A stretch of 64,000 nt of DNA from assembly GCA_937952305.1 (NCBI GenBank), contig CALFZO010000006.1, positions 136,558 through 200,557 of the forward strand, written 5' to 3'. How positions within the stretch are numbered: position 1 is the first letter of the stretch; each line of letters begins with the position of its first letter. A program made the translations under genes and the position numbers. The notes under the pieces were generated by a model that saw nothing but the letters and a program-made list of their open reading frames with translations, was not told the DNA's origin and made no database searches. The DNA comes from an uncultured Anaerolineales bacterium. Its GTDB lineage: Bacteria > Chloroflexota > Anaerolineae > Anaerolineales > UBA6663. Of this stretch, positions 25,584 to 36,289 are shown piece by piece.

Positions 25584-26690
25584 GTGACACAGCCCTTGTC
25601 TCACCTCATCGTCGACGCCCATCAAGATCTGGCCTGGAACGCGCAGACGTTCGGCCGGGATTACACGCGGCCGGCCCTGGTGACGCGCGAACGGGAACGG
25701 GCCGCCAACAGCCCGGCGCCGCTCCACAACGGCGAAACCCTGCTCGGCCTGGCCGACTTCCTGCTGGGGCGCGTGGCCGTGATCTTCGGCACGCTCTTCG
25801 CGTCGCCGCGCCGCCGGCAGACGGGCGAGTGGGAAACGCTGGTGTATGACGACCCGGCCGGCGCGCACCGCCTGTACGCCCGGCAACTGGATTACTACCA
25901 CCGCCTGGCCGACGAGCACGCCGCCTTCCGCCTGATCGGCAGCCGCGCCGATCTGGAGGCCGTGCTGACGACCTGGGACGGCGACGACCTGGCCCGCCGC
26001 CGCGTTGGGCTGGTGCCTCTGATGGAAGGCGCCGACGCCATCCGCGAGCCCAAGGAGGCCGAGTGGTGGCAGGAGCGCGGCCTGCGCATCGTGGGCCTGG
26101 CCTGGGCCGGCACGCAGTACGCCGGCGGCACCGGCGAGCCCGGCCCGCTCACGGAGCTCGGCCGCCGGCTGCTCGGCGGGCTGGCCGATCTGGGCCTGAT
26201 CCTGGACCTGGCGCACGCCTCGGACGAAAGCTTCCTGGAGGCGCTTGACCGCTTCCCGGGCGTCGCCATCGCTTCGCACGCCAACCCGCGCGCGCTGGTG
26301 CGCAACCCGCGCCGGCCGGAGCGCTTCTTGTCGGACACCATGATCCGGCGGCTGGCCGAGCACGGCGGCGTCGCAGGCGTGGTACCCTGTAATTACTTCC
26401 TGAACGCGCAGTGGACGGCGCGCGACGGCAAGCCCGCCGTCACCCTGGAGGCCGTCGTCGCCGCTATCGATCACGTCTGCCAGATCACCGGCAGCGCCGC
26501 TCACGTCGGCCTCGGCTCCGACTTCGACGGCGGCTTTGGCGTCGCGACCACGCCGGCCGAGATCGACACCATCGCCGACCTGCGCCAACTTGCGCCGCGC
26601 CTGGCCGAACGCGGCTACTCGACCGCCGACGTGGCCGCCATCCTGGGCGGCAACTGGTTGACGGTCTTGCGCCGAGGGCTGCCTGCCTGA
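25584..26690 (+). CDS. Membrane dipeptidase (peptidase family M19)
   Basis: 368 aa from a GTG start. The N-terminal VDAHQDLAW (HxD) and later LDLAHASDESF and ASHANPRAL are M19-like. Confidence 0.85.
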   Translation: MTQPLSHLIVDAHQDLAWNAQTFGRDYTRPALVTRERERAANSPAPLHNGETLLGLADFLLGRVAVIFGTLFASPRRRQTGEWETLVYDDPAGAHRLYARQLDYYHRLADEHAAFRLIGSRADLEAVLTTWDGDDLARRRVGLVPLMEGADAIREPKEAEWWQERGLRIVGLAWAGTQYAGGTGEPGPLTELGRRLLGGLADLGLILDLAHASDESFLEALDRFPGVAIASHANPRALVRNPRRPERFLSDTMIRRLAEHGGVAGVVPCNYFLNAQWTARDGKPAVTLEAVVAAIDHVCQITGSAAHVGLGSDFDGGFGVATTPAEIDTIADLRQLAPRLAERGYSTADVAAILGGNWLTVLRRGLPA

Positions 26691-27154
26691 TGTCTACACC
26701 CCCTCCCGCCCGCGCCTCCGAACCCGGGCCGCCGCGCCACGACCTGCGCCAGAGCGTGCTGGCCCGGCTCGGCGTCGCCAGTGTCGGCGCCGGCTTCGTG
26801 CTCTTTCTGGTCGGCCTGTTCCCGGAGTCGCTCAGCCTGGATTTCACACTCGGGCTGGGGCTGCTGCAGATCACGCTCTTCCTGGTGGGCATCAGCGCCA
26901 TGACGCTGGGCGCCTACATCTACATGTACGCCACCCGCCACCGCGCCATGCCGCGCCGGCTGCGCGAGGACGTCGGCGTGCGGCTGATGGCCACCGGCAT
27001 CGTCGTCGCCTACACCACCGGGCTGGCCGACGTGATCGGCATCGGCACCCATTTCGGCCAGCAGCAGCCGTTTTTCGGCCCGGTCCAGGCCTGGGGCGTG
27101 GCCCTGGGCTTGTTCCTGATCATCGTCGGCATCGGCCTGTATTCGCAACGCTGA
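26690..27154 (+). CDS. Hypothetical small membrane protein
   Basis: The ATG at 26690 overlaps the dipeptidase TGA (TGATG). 154 aa with four hydrophobic helices. The listed ORF 26411-27154 carries a junk N-terminal extension. Confidence 0.5.
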   Translation: MSTPPPARASEPGPPRHDLRQSVLARLGVASVGAGFVLFLVGLFPESLSLDFTLGLGLLQITLFLVGISAMTLGAYIYMYATRHRAMPRRLREDVGVRLMATGIVVAYTTGLADVIGIGTHFGQQQPFFGPVQAWGVALGLFLIIVGIGLYSQR

Positions 27155-27155
27155 C

Positions 27156-27186
27156 CGGCCGGCGCTACGCGGCGGCGCGCCGGCCG
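27156..27186 (+). terminator. GC-rich hairpin after the 26690-27154 gene (no U tract)
   Basis: CGGCCGGCGC (27156-27165) pairs with GCGCCGGCCG (27177-27186). Confidence 0.35.
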
Positions 27187-27196
27187 AGTCTGCCGC

Positions 27197-27202
27197 TATA
27201 AT
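27197..27202 (+). promoter_or_regulatory. TATAAT -10 hexamer upstream of the CBS-domain gene
   Basis: TATAAT at 27197-27202, SD GGAAGGAGAGG at about 27213-27223 and ATG at 27228. Confidence 0.4.
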
Positions 27203-27227
27203 CAAACCGCCTGGAAGGAGAGGCCCC

Positions 27228-27661
27228 ATGAAAGTCCAGAATATCCTGGCTACCAAAGGCTCCAAAGTCCACACCGTCCTGCCCGATCTGCCCATCCGCG
27301 AGGCCACCGCGCTGATGGTCCAGCACAATATCGGCGCGCTGGTCATCGTCGACGCCGCCGGCGCGCTGGTGGGGATCCTGTCGGAGCGCGATATCGTGCG
27401 CGCCGTCGCCCGCAACCAGGACGTCGGCGAGCCGGTCAGCCGTCTCATGACGCGCACCGTGATCGCCGGCTCGCTGCAAGACGATCTCAGCGCCGTGATG
27501 CGGACGATGACCGAGAAGCGCTTCCGCCATCTGCCGGTGGTCGACCACGGCCAACTGGTGGGCATGGTCTCCATCGGCGACCTGGTCAAGGCCCAGCTCG
27601 CGCAGTATCAGGGCGAAATCGAGACCCTGGTGACGCAGATCACCCAGGGGGGATCGCAGCC

Positions 27662-27665
<4 letters not shown>
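27228..27665 (+). CDS. CBS-domain pair protein
   Basis: 145 aa with two CBS repeats (HNIGALVIVDAAGALVGILSERDIV and RFRHLPVVDHGQLVGMVSIGDLV). Confidence 0.85.
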
Positions 27666-29083
<1,418 letters not shown>

Positions 29084-29116
29084 CGGCCTCGGCCGACCGG
29101 CCTCACAACGCTCAAC

Positions 29117-29156
29117 CACCGGCGCGGGAAGCTCTCCCGCGCCGGTGTCATTTCCC
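29117..29156 (+). terminator. Intrinsic terminator-like hairpin after the FprA-type gene
   Basis: CACCGGCGCGGGA (29117-29129) pairs with TCCCGCGCCGGTG (29135-29147), followed by TCATTTCCC. Confidence 0.55.
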
Positions 29157-29271
29157 ATCTCGGACGATTTCGCCCCGAACCACCAACGCGGTCCAACGCA
29201 CGCCATCGCCGGTACCGGAGCCTGCGCCGTAGAGTCAGGCGGCACGCCACAACCTGAAGGGGGTTGCCGCC

Positions 29272-32200
29272 ATGCGCACTCGGCTTTTCTTTGCCTGCCT
29301 GCAAATCGTCGTCGTCGCCGCCGTCCTGATCCTGGGCTGGCCGTCCGTCCCGTCCGCGCGCGCCGACGAGCCCGCCCCGCTGGACGCCTCGCCCACGCTG
29401 GAGGGCACGCTCACCGCGCCGCCGTCCACGGAGACGCCGACGCCCGACCCCGTGACCGCGACTCTTACCGCGGAGCCGGCGGCGACCGGGACCGCTCTGC
29501 CGGAGGGGACTCTGCCGGCGACTGAGGCCGGCAGCCCGACCCCGGCCGCGACCATTGACCCTGGCGCCACCCTAACGGGCGCGCCCGACCCGGCCACGCC
29601 CACGACCACAGTGGCGGCCGCAACCACGGAGCCGGCCGCCACGGCGACAGACCCAGCCACCCCAGCCACCGCGACGGATTCACCGCCGCAGAGCGCCATG
29701 CCGTCCGCGACGCCCATGCCGAGCATAGTCGCGCCCGAGAGCGCCACACCTTCGGCCACGCCCACACTAACCGGGACCGCGACCTTCACGCCCACACCGA
29801 GCGCCACAGCGTCGCCGACGTTCACGCCGACGCCGACGCCATTACCGGCCTCATCCGCCACACCCGCTGTCCTCTCGCCGGAACCGCCGCAGGCTGAGGC
29901 GCCCGCCTCGCGCGCGGGGACGCCGTCCACGACGCTGGTGATCAGCCAGGTCTACGGCGGCGGCGGCAACGCGGGCGCGCCGTACCGCAACGACTTCATC
30001 GAGTTGCGCAACCTCGGGCCGAGCGCCGTGGACCTGGGCGGCTGGTCCGTGCAGTACGCGCCGGCCACCAGCGGCAGCTGGCAGAGCGTGGCGCTGGCCG
30101 GCCTGGTCCAGCCCGGCAGCACCTACTTGCTGCAGTTGGGCTCCGGCGGCGGCGAAGGCGCGGCCCTGCCGGCGCCGGAGGCCGCGCACAGCCTGAACAT
30201 AGCCGCGTCCGCGGGCAAGGTCGCCCTGGTGTCCGAGGCCGCGCCCCTGGCCGGCAGCTGTCCGGACAGCGCCCTCGTCGTCGATTTCCTGGGCTACGGC
30301 GTCACGGCCAGTTGTTACGAGACTGCCCCGACCGGCAATCTGAGCGCCGGCGCCGCCGCCCACCGGATGGGCCCCGCCGACACGGACCACAACGCCGTCG
30401 ACTTCGGCGTGGCCGCGCCCAGCCCGCACGGAAACGTCGTCAGCCCGCCGACCTCAACGACGACCCCGACCCCGACGCCAACGCCAACGGTCACCCCCAC
30501 CCTCCCGGTGACCGTCACCGCCACCGCGACGCCGACCGCGTCTTCCACCATTTCGCCGGCCGCGCCCGGCAGTGTCCTGATCAACGAGGTCGTCACCGAT
30601 CCGCAACAGGATTGGAGCGGCGGCGGCTTCGGCCCGGTGCCGGGCGCCGGCCCGGTCAGCGACACCGACGAATGGATCGAGCTGCTGATCCTGGCCGACG
30701 GCCTGGACCTGACGGCGTGGACGCTGGAGCTGCGCGATGGCTCGGACGTGAGCGGCGATCTGACGGAGGCCGGGGCGTTTCAAGTGGTGCGTTACCTCGG
30801 CGCCGGGTCGGCGGCGGCGACGCGCGCCGGCGACCGGTTGGTCCTCGGCAACGTGCGCGGCAGCGGCACGCTCAACAACGCCGTCACCGTTCAACTTCTC
30901 GACAGCCACGGCGGCCTGATCGACGCCGTGACACTCGGCGGCGGGGCCCCCAGCGGCGACGCCGACAGCGCCGCGGAGGAGGCCGTCGCGCGGCGGCCGG
31001 ACGGCGCCGGCCTGTGGGTGCGCCAGGCAGCCACGCCCGGTCAGGCGAATGATCTCGCGCCGCAGCCGACCCCGACGGCCACGGCCACGGCGACCGTCAC
31101 GCCCACCGCGGCGGCCACGCCCAGCGCTTACCCGGCGGGCGCGGTCCTGATCAACGAGGTCGCCTGGGCGGGCACAGCCGCCTCGGCCAACGACGAGTGG
31201 CTGGAGCTCTTCAACCCCGGCCCGATCCCCATCGCCCTCGCCGGCTGGCGTCTGAGCGACGGCGGCGATATCGACCTCAGCTTCCCGCCTGGCCTGGCTA
31301 TCCCGGCCGGCGGCTTCCTGCTCTTGGAACGCACCGACGACTCGACCATCGCCGATGTGCCGGCCGACCTGCTCTACTCCGGCGGTCTGAGCAACGGCGG
31401 CGAGACTCTGGTTCTGCGGGACGCGACCGGCAGCGTCATCGACATCGCCGCCGGGGCGGGCGGCTGGCCGGCCGGGGACGCCGCGCTGTTCGCGACGATG
31501 GAACGCGCCGGCGGCGGCTGGCGCACCCAGGCCGGGGCCGCCACGGGGCACGCCGCCGATGGCAGCCCGCTGCGCGGGACGCCGCGCGGGCTCAACTCGG
31601 CCTACCGGCCGGCGCCTACGCCGGTGAGCTATCCCGCCACGGTGCTGCTCAACGAAGTCCTGCCAGCGCCCGGCGACGGGTCCGACGAATTCGTGGAAGT
31701 TTTCAACACCGGCGCGGAAGCCGTGGACGTCTCCGGCTGGCAATTGGATGACTCCGCCGGCGGCAGCGCGCCCTTCCATCTCCCCGCCGGCACTGTGGTG
31801 GGGCCGCGCGCGCTGCTGGCCTTCTCCAAGTCCGAGACCGGCCTGGCCTTCAACAATTCTGGCGACACGGCGCGGCTGCTCCATCCCGACGGCGGTGTGG
31901 CGGATGAGTTGGTCTACACCCGCAGCCCCGGCGTGGACGTCAGTTGGGCGCGGGTGCCGGACGGTGGCGCCTGGGCGGCCACCACGCAGGTGACGCCGGG
32001 CCTGCCCAACACCGCCGCGCCGCCGGCGGAGGGCGGGCCGCCGGCCGACTCGGGCGCGCCGGAACAGGAAGCCGCCAGCGTGCCGATCGGTGTCTTCCGC
32101 ACCTGGCCGGCCGGCGCCTGGGCCACCCTGACCGGCCGCGTGACTGTGCCTGCACCGCTGTTTGGGCCGCGCCAGATCTACCTCCAGGATGAGACCGGCG

Positions 32201-32730
32201 GCATCGCGGTCTACCTGGGGCGCGGCGACTGGCCGGCGCTGCCGGTGGGGCAGTCTGTGACCGTGCTCGGTTATTCGCGCGTGCGGAGCGGGCGCTTCGA
32301 ACTCTACGTACGCACGCTGTTCCAGGTGGACGCGCCGCCCATGGAAGGCGGCGCCGGGATTGCGCCAGCACCGGGGCCGGTGGGGCCAGGGACAGCGGGA
32401 TCACTGCTGACCCTGACCGGGCGCGTGGTCAAGCTTGAGTCGACGGCCTTCTGGTTGGACGCCGGCGCCGGTCCGGTGCGCGTGTTCTTCGCCGCCTCTA
32501 CAGGCGTGCGCCGGCCGAAGGTGGCGCGCGGCGACATCTGGACGGTCACCGGAGTGGTGGTGGAGATGACGGCCACCAAAACGCGCGCGGCCGGCTACCA
32601 GTTGCAGCCGCGCTTCGCCGCAGATGTGCAGCCGGTGCGCGCGCGCTACGTGGCCGCGCCCGAGGCGGAGACGCCGACGCCGCCGGAAGAAACACCCCCG
32701 GACGAGGCGGCCCCGTCGCCAACGCCTTAG
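29272..32730 (+). CDS. Secreted multi-domain protein: four lamin-tail-domain (LTD) repeats plus two C-terminal OB-fold-like domains, P/T-rich linkers
   Basis: 1152 aa with a signal peptide (MRTRLFFACLQIVVVAAVLILGWPSVPSARA). LTD signatures are ISQVYGGGGNAGAPYRNDFIELRNLG, VLINEVVTDPQ, VLINEVAWAGTAASANDEWLELFNPG and VLLNEVLPAPGDGSDEFVEVFNTG. The C-terminal ATLTGRVTVPAPLFGPRQIYLQDETGGIAVYL and LTLTGRVVKLESTAFWLDAGAGPVRVFF are OB-like. Confidence 0.8.
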   Translation: MRTRLFFACLQIVVVAAVLILGWPSVPSARADEPAPLDASPTLEGTLTAPPSTETPTPDPVTATLTAEPAATGTALPEGTLPATEAGSPTPAATIDPGATLTGAPDPATPTTTVAAATTEPAATATDPATPATATDSPPQSAMPSATPMPSIVAPESATPSATPTLTGTATFTPTPSATASPTFTPTPTPLPASSATPAVLSPEPPQAEAPASRAGTPSTTLVISQVYGGGGNAGAPYRNDFIELRNLGPSAVDLGGWSVQYAPATSGSWQSVALAGLVQPGSTYLLQLGSGGGEGAALPAPEAAHSLNIAASAGKVALVSEAAPLAGSCPDSALVVDFLGYGVTASCYETAPTGNLSAGAAAHRMGPADTDHNAVDFGVAAPSPHGNVVSPPTSTTTPTPTPTPTVTPTLPVTVTATATPTASSTISPAAPGSVLINEVVTDPQQDWSGGGFGPVPGAGPVSDTDEWIELLILADGLDLTAWTLELRDGSDVSGDLTEAGAFQVVRYLGAGSAAATRAGDRLVLGNVRGSGTLNNAVTVQLLDSHGGLIDAVTLGGGAPSGDADSAAEEAVARRPDGAGLWVRQAATPGQANDLAPQPTPTATATATVTPTAAATPSAYPAGAVLINEVAWAGTAASANDEWLELFNPGPIPIALAGWRLSDGGDIDLSFPPGLAIPAGGFLLLERTDDSTIADVPADLLYSGGLSNGGETLVLRDATGSVIDIAAGAGGWPAGDAALFATMERAGGGWRTQAGAATGHAADGSPLRGTPRGLNSAYRPAPTPVSYPATVLLNEVLPAPGDGSDEFVEVFNTGAEAVDVSGWQLDDSAGGSAPFHLPAGTVVGPRALLAFSKSETGLAFNNSGDTARLLHPDGGVADELVYTRSPGVDVSWARVPDGGAWAATTQVTPGLPNTAAPPAEGGPPADSGAPEQEAASVPIGVFRTWPAGAWATLTGRVTVPAPLFGPRQIYLQDETGGIAVYLGRGDWPALPVGQSVTVLGYSRVRSGRFELYVRTLFQVDAPPMEGGAGIAPAPGPVGPGTAGSLLTLTGRVVKLESTAFWLDAGAGPVRVFFAASTGVRRPKVARGDIWTVTGVVVEMTATKTRAAGYQLQPRFAADVQPVRARYVAAPEAETPTPPEETPPDEAAPSPTP

Positions 32731-33066
32731 GACCGACATATCCCTTGGGGCCGCGCCGCTACGCCGGCGGGTGGGTGGCGCGTTTGGGCAGCCGGCTGGA
32801 AATTGCGCAGACTTCCGTTTGGGGCCGGTCGAGCGCCGCCCAGGCAGGGTGTTTGTGCTAAGATGAATCCAGTTTGACCCCCGCCCTCGCCTTACAACTG
32901 GTGCCCGCTGATCAGGCTCCGTCCGACGGAGCCGGCGTTGTCGTCAAGGCGGCGCGTCCGCGCGCCCTCAAGCGCCGGCTGCGTTGATCAGGAAAGGAGG
33001 GAACCACCGCCAAGCCCGCCGGACAGTCGTATCCAGCGTCCCATCTTCGGCAAAGGAGATCACCCT

Positions 33067-34269
33067 ATGACCATGTCACGCGTCATTCTCCTAGCCGGTC
33101 AGGCCGGCCTCCGGTCTGCCGTCATCCGGATCCTGTTCGCGGGTCTGTTGGCCCTCGGCCTCGCCTCCCCCGCGCTGGCCGAAGCCGCGCCCGCCGCGCC
33201 CATCCCCGGACCATGTGTGGACAGCGTCCTGCCCGGCGGCGCCCTGGCCAAGCTTTGCGTGCCCGCCGCCGGCTGGAACGGCGATCTGGTCCTTTACGCG
33301 CACGGCTACGTCCCGGCCGGCGCGCCGCTGAACGCGTACGAATCCCAGCTGAGTCTGCCGGACGGCACCTATCTGCCGGCCCTGCTGCAGAGCCTCGGGT
33401 ACGCCTTCGCCGCCACCAGCTATCGCGTCAACGGTCTGGCCATCTTGCCCGCCCTGGACGATCTGGAGGAATTAACCGCCGCCTTCAGCGCCCAGTACGG
33501 CCAACCCGGCCACACCTACCTCACCGGCGTCTCCGAAGGCGGCCTGATCACGGCGCTGGCCGTGGAACAGGCGCCCGGCTTGTACGATGGCGGCCTGGCC
33601 ACCTGCGGCCCCCTCGGCGACTTCCGCCAGCAGATCAATTACTTCGGCGACTTCCGCGTGCTGTTCGACTACTTCTTCCCCGGCACGCTGCCGCCCACCG
33701 CCATCAGCATCCCGGCCAGCGTCCCGCTCAACTGGGAGAACGTGTATGTCCCGGTCATCAGCGCCCGGCTCGCCCAAGACCCCCTGGCGGCGGCGGCGTT
33801 GATGCGCACGTCCAACGCGGCCTTTGACACCGCCGACCTGACGACGATCGGCCAGACTACGCTGGGCGTGCTGTGGTACAACGTCTTCGCCACGAACGAC
33901 GCCGCCGCCAAGCTCGGCGGCAACCCGTTCGACAACACCCAGCGCTGGTACAGCGGCTCGCGCAACGACCTGCGCCTCAACCGGCTGGTGGCGCGTTTCC
34001 CGGCCAGCCCGACGGCGCTCGGCAATCTGGGCGCGTATCAGACCTCCGGCCAGCTGACCGTCCCGCTGGTGGCCCTGCACACCACCGCCGACGAGATCGT
34101 GCCCTACGGGCAGGCCCGAACCTATGCGGCCAAGGTCCAAACGTCCGGCGCCGGCCGCTTCACGCTGCTGCCGATCCAGCGCTACGGCCACTGCAACTTC
34201 ACGTCGCAAGAAGTCCTGACGGCCTTTGCCGTGCTGGTGCTGCAGGTCACTGGCCAGGCGCTGCCGTAA
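33067..34269 (+). CDS. Secreted alpha/beta-hydrolase-fold protein
   Basis: ATG at 33067 with AAAGGAGAT upstream and a signal-like N-terminus. Catalytic elements are the nucleophile elbow GVSEGG, an acid TTADEIVP and a His in YGHCNF. The listed ORF starts at 32938 with an implausible extension. Confidence 0.65.
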   Translation: MTMSRVILLAGQAGLRSAVIRILFAGLLALGLASPALAEAAPAAPIPGPCVDSVLPGGALAKLCVPAAGWNGDLVLYAHGYVPAGAPLNAYESQLSLPDGTYLPALLQSLGYAFAATSYRVNGLAILPALDDLEELTAAFSAQYGQPGHTYLTGVSEGGLITALAVEQAPGLYDGGLATCGPLGDFRQQINYFGDFRVLFDYFFPGTLPPTAISIPASVPLNWENVYVPVISARLAQDPLAAAALMRTSNAAFDTADLTTIGQTTLGVLWYNVFATNDAAAKLGGNPFDNTQRWYSGSRNDLRLNRLVARFPASPTALGNLGAYQTSGQLTVPLVALHTTADEIVPYGQARTYAAKVQTSGAGRFTLLPIQRYGHCNFTSQEVLTAFAVLVLQVTGQALP

Positions 34270-34294
34270 GCGACCCTCCCCCGTCAGAGACACA

Positions 34295-34335
34295 ACGCGC
34301 GGCGAGGCCAACACCTCGCCGCGCGTCATTTAATC
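34295..34335. terminator. Hairpin terminator between convergent genes (13-bp perfect stem)
   Basis: ACGCGCGGCGAGG (34295-34307) pairs with CCTCGCCGCGCGT (34314-34326), followed by CATTTAATCG. Confidence 0.6.
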
Positions 34336-34350
34336 GCCGTCGTCCCCGGT

Positions 34351-34722
34351 TCAGCGCTTGCGCGTGGGATCGCCCTTGGTGGTGTTGAGGCGCACCGCCT
34401 GGCGCACCAGCGCCTTGAACGCCGTGGGCCGGATATCCCGCCGGCTGGTCAGCTTGATGTGGCGCATCCGGTCACCGTCCCCTTGCAGCAGACCGCCGGG
34501 GTCGGCCATCTCCGCGCCGCGCCAGAAGCCGAAGTTGATGTGCGCTTTGTGCGCCTTGATGAAGATCAGCGGCCCGCCCTGCTCGTAGACGGGCTGGGCC
34601 CACTTGACGGTCTCGACCGCCTTGGGCGCCGCGCTCCGCACCAGGCGGCGCAGGGCGCTGACGATCTCGGCCTGCTCGGCCGGCAGGGCGCGCACATACT
34701 CGTCGACCGTTCGTGTCGGCAT
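34351..34722 (-). CDS. DUF1801 (YdhG-like) domain protein
   Basis: ATG at 34722 with GGAGG upstream. The sequence reads MPTRTVDEYVRALPAEQAEIVSALRRLVRSAAPKAVETVKWAQPVY... Confidence 0.65.
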   Translation of the reverse strand: MPTRTVDEYVRALPAEQAEIVSALRRLVRSAAPKAVETVKWAQPVYEQGGPLIFIKAHKAHINFGFWRGAEMADPGGLLQGDGDRMRHIKLTSRRDIRPTAFKALVRQAVRLNTTKGDPTRKR

Positions 34723-34736
34723 ACGGCCTCCGCCTC

Positions 34737-35147
34737 TCAGTGGTGCTGCGTCAGGCTGAACCAATTCCCAAAGCCGTCTTTGAAGATCGCCTCCACGCCG
34801 TAGGGCCGGGCCTGCGGCGGAGCGATGAACTCCACGCCCTGGCGCTGCAGTTGTTCATAGGTCGCCTGGCAATCGTCGGTCTCGAACACGCCGGTGCCCA
34901 TCAGCCCGCGCTCCAGGACGGCACGCAGGAGTTTGGCCGATTCTTCGTCCATCATCCCGCCCGGCTGCACAGCGTACAGGATCAACTCCAGGTCCGGCTG
35001 GCCTTTGGGGCCGACGGTCAACCAGCGGAAGCCGCCGTCCAGGCGGAAGTCGGTGCGGACCTCAAAGCCGAGTTTGTGCGTGTAGAAGGCCAGGGCCGCG
35101 TCCTGGTCGGTGACGTAGATGGTGGCGTGCGACAGCTTGGTGATCAT
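34737..35147 (-). CDS. VOC-family (glyoxalase/bleomycin-resistance/dioxygenase) protein
   Basis: 136 aa. The sequence MITKLSHATIYVTDQDAALAFYTHKLGFEV is typical of the VOC fold. Confidence 0.85.
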   Translation of the reverse strand: MITKLSHATIYVTDQDAALAFYTHKLGFEVRTDFRLDGGFRWLTVGPKGQPDLELILYAVQPGGMMDEESAKLLRAVLERGLMGTGVFETDDCQATYEQLQRQGVEFIAPPQARPYGVEAIFKDGFGNWFSLTQHH

Positions 35148-35174
35148 GCTAGCTCTCCTGCGCGTGGATTGCCG

Positions 35175-35489
35175 TTACACACTCAGCCCCTTGGCCCACA
35201 CCGGCCGCGCCAGCCCGACTTCCGGCTGGCCGGCCAGCAATGGGCCGGCCGCTTGCATGTAGCTCCAGAACCAGGGGCGCTGCCCAGCCTGCTCAAACGC
35301 CTCCCGGCTGGAGTAAATCTCGAACAGGTAAAACGTGTCGGCGTCGTTTTCGTCCAGGCAGACGGCCGCCGTCTCCTGCCCGTAGTTCTCGGCCGCATGG
35401 GGCGCCAGGTGTTGCTCATACAGGCGATAGACCGCGTCGCGTTGGCCGGGCAGGGTCTTTGTCTTGATGACGACAGCGAGCTTAGGCAT
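35175..35489 (-). CDS. ABM (antibiotic biosynthesis monooxygenase-like) ferredoxin-fold protein
   Basis: ATG at 35489 with GGAGG upstream. About 104 aa, reading MPKLAVVIKTKTLPGQRDAVYRLYEQHL...FYLFEIYSSREAFEQ. Confidence 0.6.
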   Translation of the reverse strand: MPKLAVVIKTKTLPGQRDAVYRLYEQHLAPHAAENYGQETAAVCLDENDADTFYLFEIYSSREAFEQAGQRPWFWSYMQAAGPLLAGQPEVGLARPVWAKGLSV

Positions 35490-35576
35490 AGTCGGTTGGC
35501 CTCCAGTCAACAAAGGGCGTTGTTGAAGACAGGATAACCGAGGGCCAGAACAGATGTCTTCTCGAAAATTGCGCTG

Positions 35577-36017
35577 TTAGCGGGCTGGCGTATCGGTCGG
35601 CACGCCGGCCATCTGCAGGAAGCAGGCCGGGATGAAGCGCCGGCGCGCCACCATCACCGCCCGGTAGCGCTGCGGCGGCTGACCGACGGCGCGCGTGAAC
35701 AGACTACTGAACGAGCCCAGGCTCTGAAAGCCCACCGCCAGGCAGACCTCGGTCACGGTGAGCCGGCCGGCCGCGAGCAACTCCTTGGCCTTGGCGATGC
35801 GGCGTCTGATCAGGTACTGATGGGGCGTCTGGCCGTAGGCCTGGCGGAAGAGGCGGATGAAGTGGAAGCGCGAGAAGTGGGCTTGCCGCGCGACCCGATC
35901 CAGGTTGAGCGGTCCCGCAAAGTGGGCGTCCATAAGAGCGCGCGCCTGGCGCAGGCGGTGCCGCATCTCAAGGCGGCGGCGTGGCTGACCAGAGAGGCCG
36001 GCGAAAGGAGACCACAT
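35577..36017 (-). CDS. AraC-family transcriptional regulator (HTH domain only)
   Basis: The AraC dual-HTH region reads LNLDRVARQAHFSRFHFIRLFRQAYGQTPHQYLIRRRIAKAKELL...VTEVCLAVGFQSLGSFSSLF. The start is uncertain, with an internal ATG about 17 codons in. Confidence 0.8.
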   Translation of the reverse strand: MWSPFAGLSGQPRRRLEMRHRLRQARALMDAHFAGPLNLDRVARQAHFSRFHFIRLFRQAYGQTPHQYLIRRRIAKAKELLAAGRLTVTEVCLAVGFQSLGSFSSLFTRAVGQPPQRYRAVMVARRRFIPACFLQMAGVPTDTPAR

Positions 36018-36289
36018 AAAGAAGGCGTCTTGACGTCTGAGAGCTGATCGTTATGACGGCGACAACGCATTTATAGCGTGAGGCCGGCCGGGCGTTGGGA
36101 GAAAGTTAGTGCCTGGCGCCGTGCCCGCTGCCGCTTCGCGGATCGATCACGCTATTTTCACTCTAAACCCGCTTGAAGCTGGTTGGCGGGAACCCTATCA
36201 TGACGCCGTCCAATTTCGTGAAGTTGACCAGCGCCATCTTGAACGACCGTCCGGCTTGACTGGGATGCGGCTGGACAAAAGGGGCCACC

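Noticed and set aside
24000-26588. 862-aa minus-strand ORF, the longest unassigned ORF in the track
   Set aside because: It is Arg/Gly/Ala/Gln/His-rich with no recognisable motif. It lies antisense to two well-supported plus-strand genes (GPH symporter, M19 dipeptidase). This is a typical shadow frame of a high-GC genome.
36029-36056. TPP-riboswitch-like CTGAGA and CTGATC words upstream of the AraC-family gene
   Set aside because: The two words are only 1 nt apart and the rest of the thi-box consensus is absent. This is a coincidental match.
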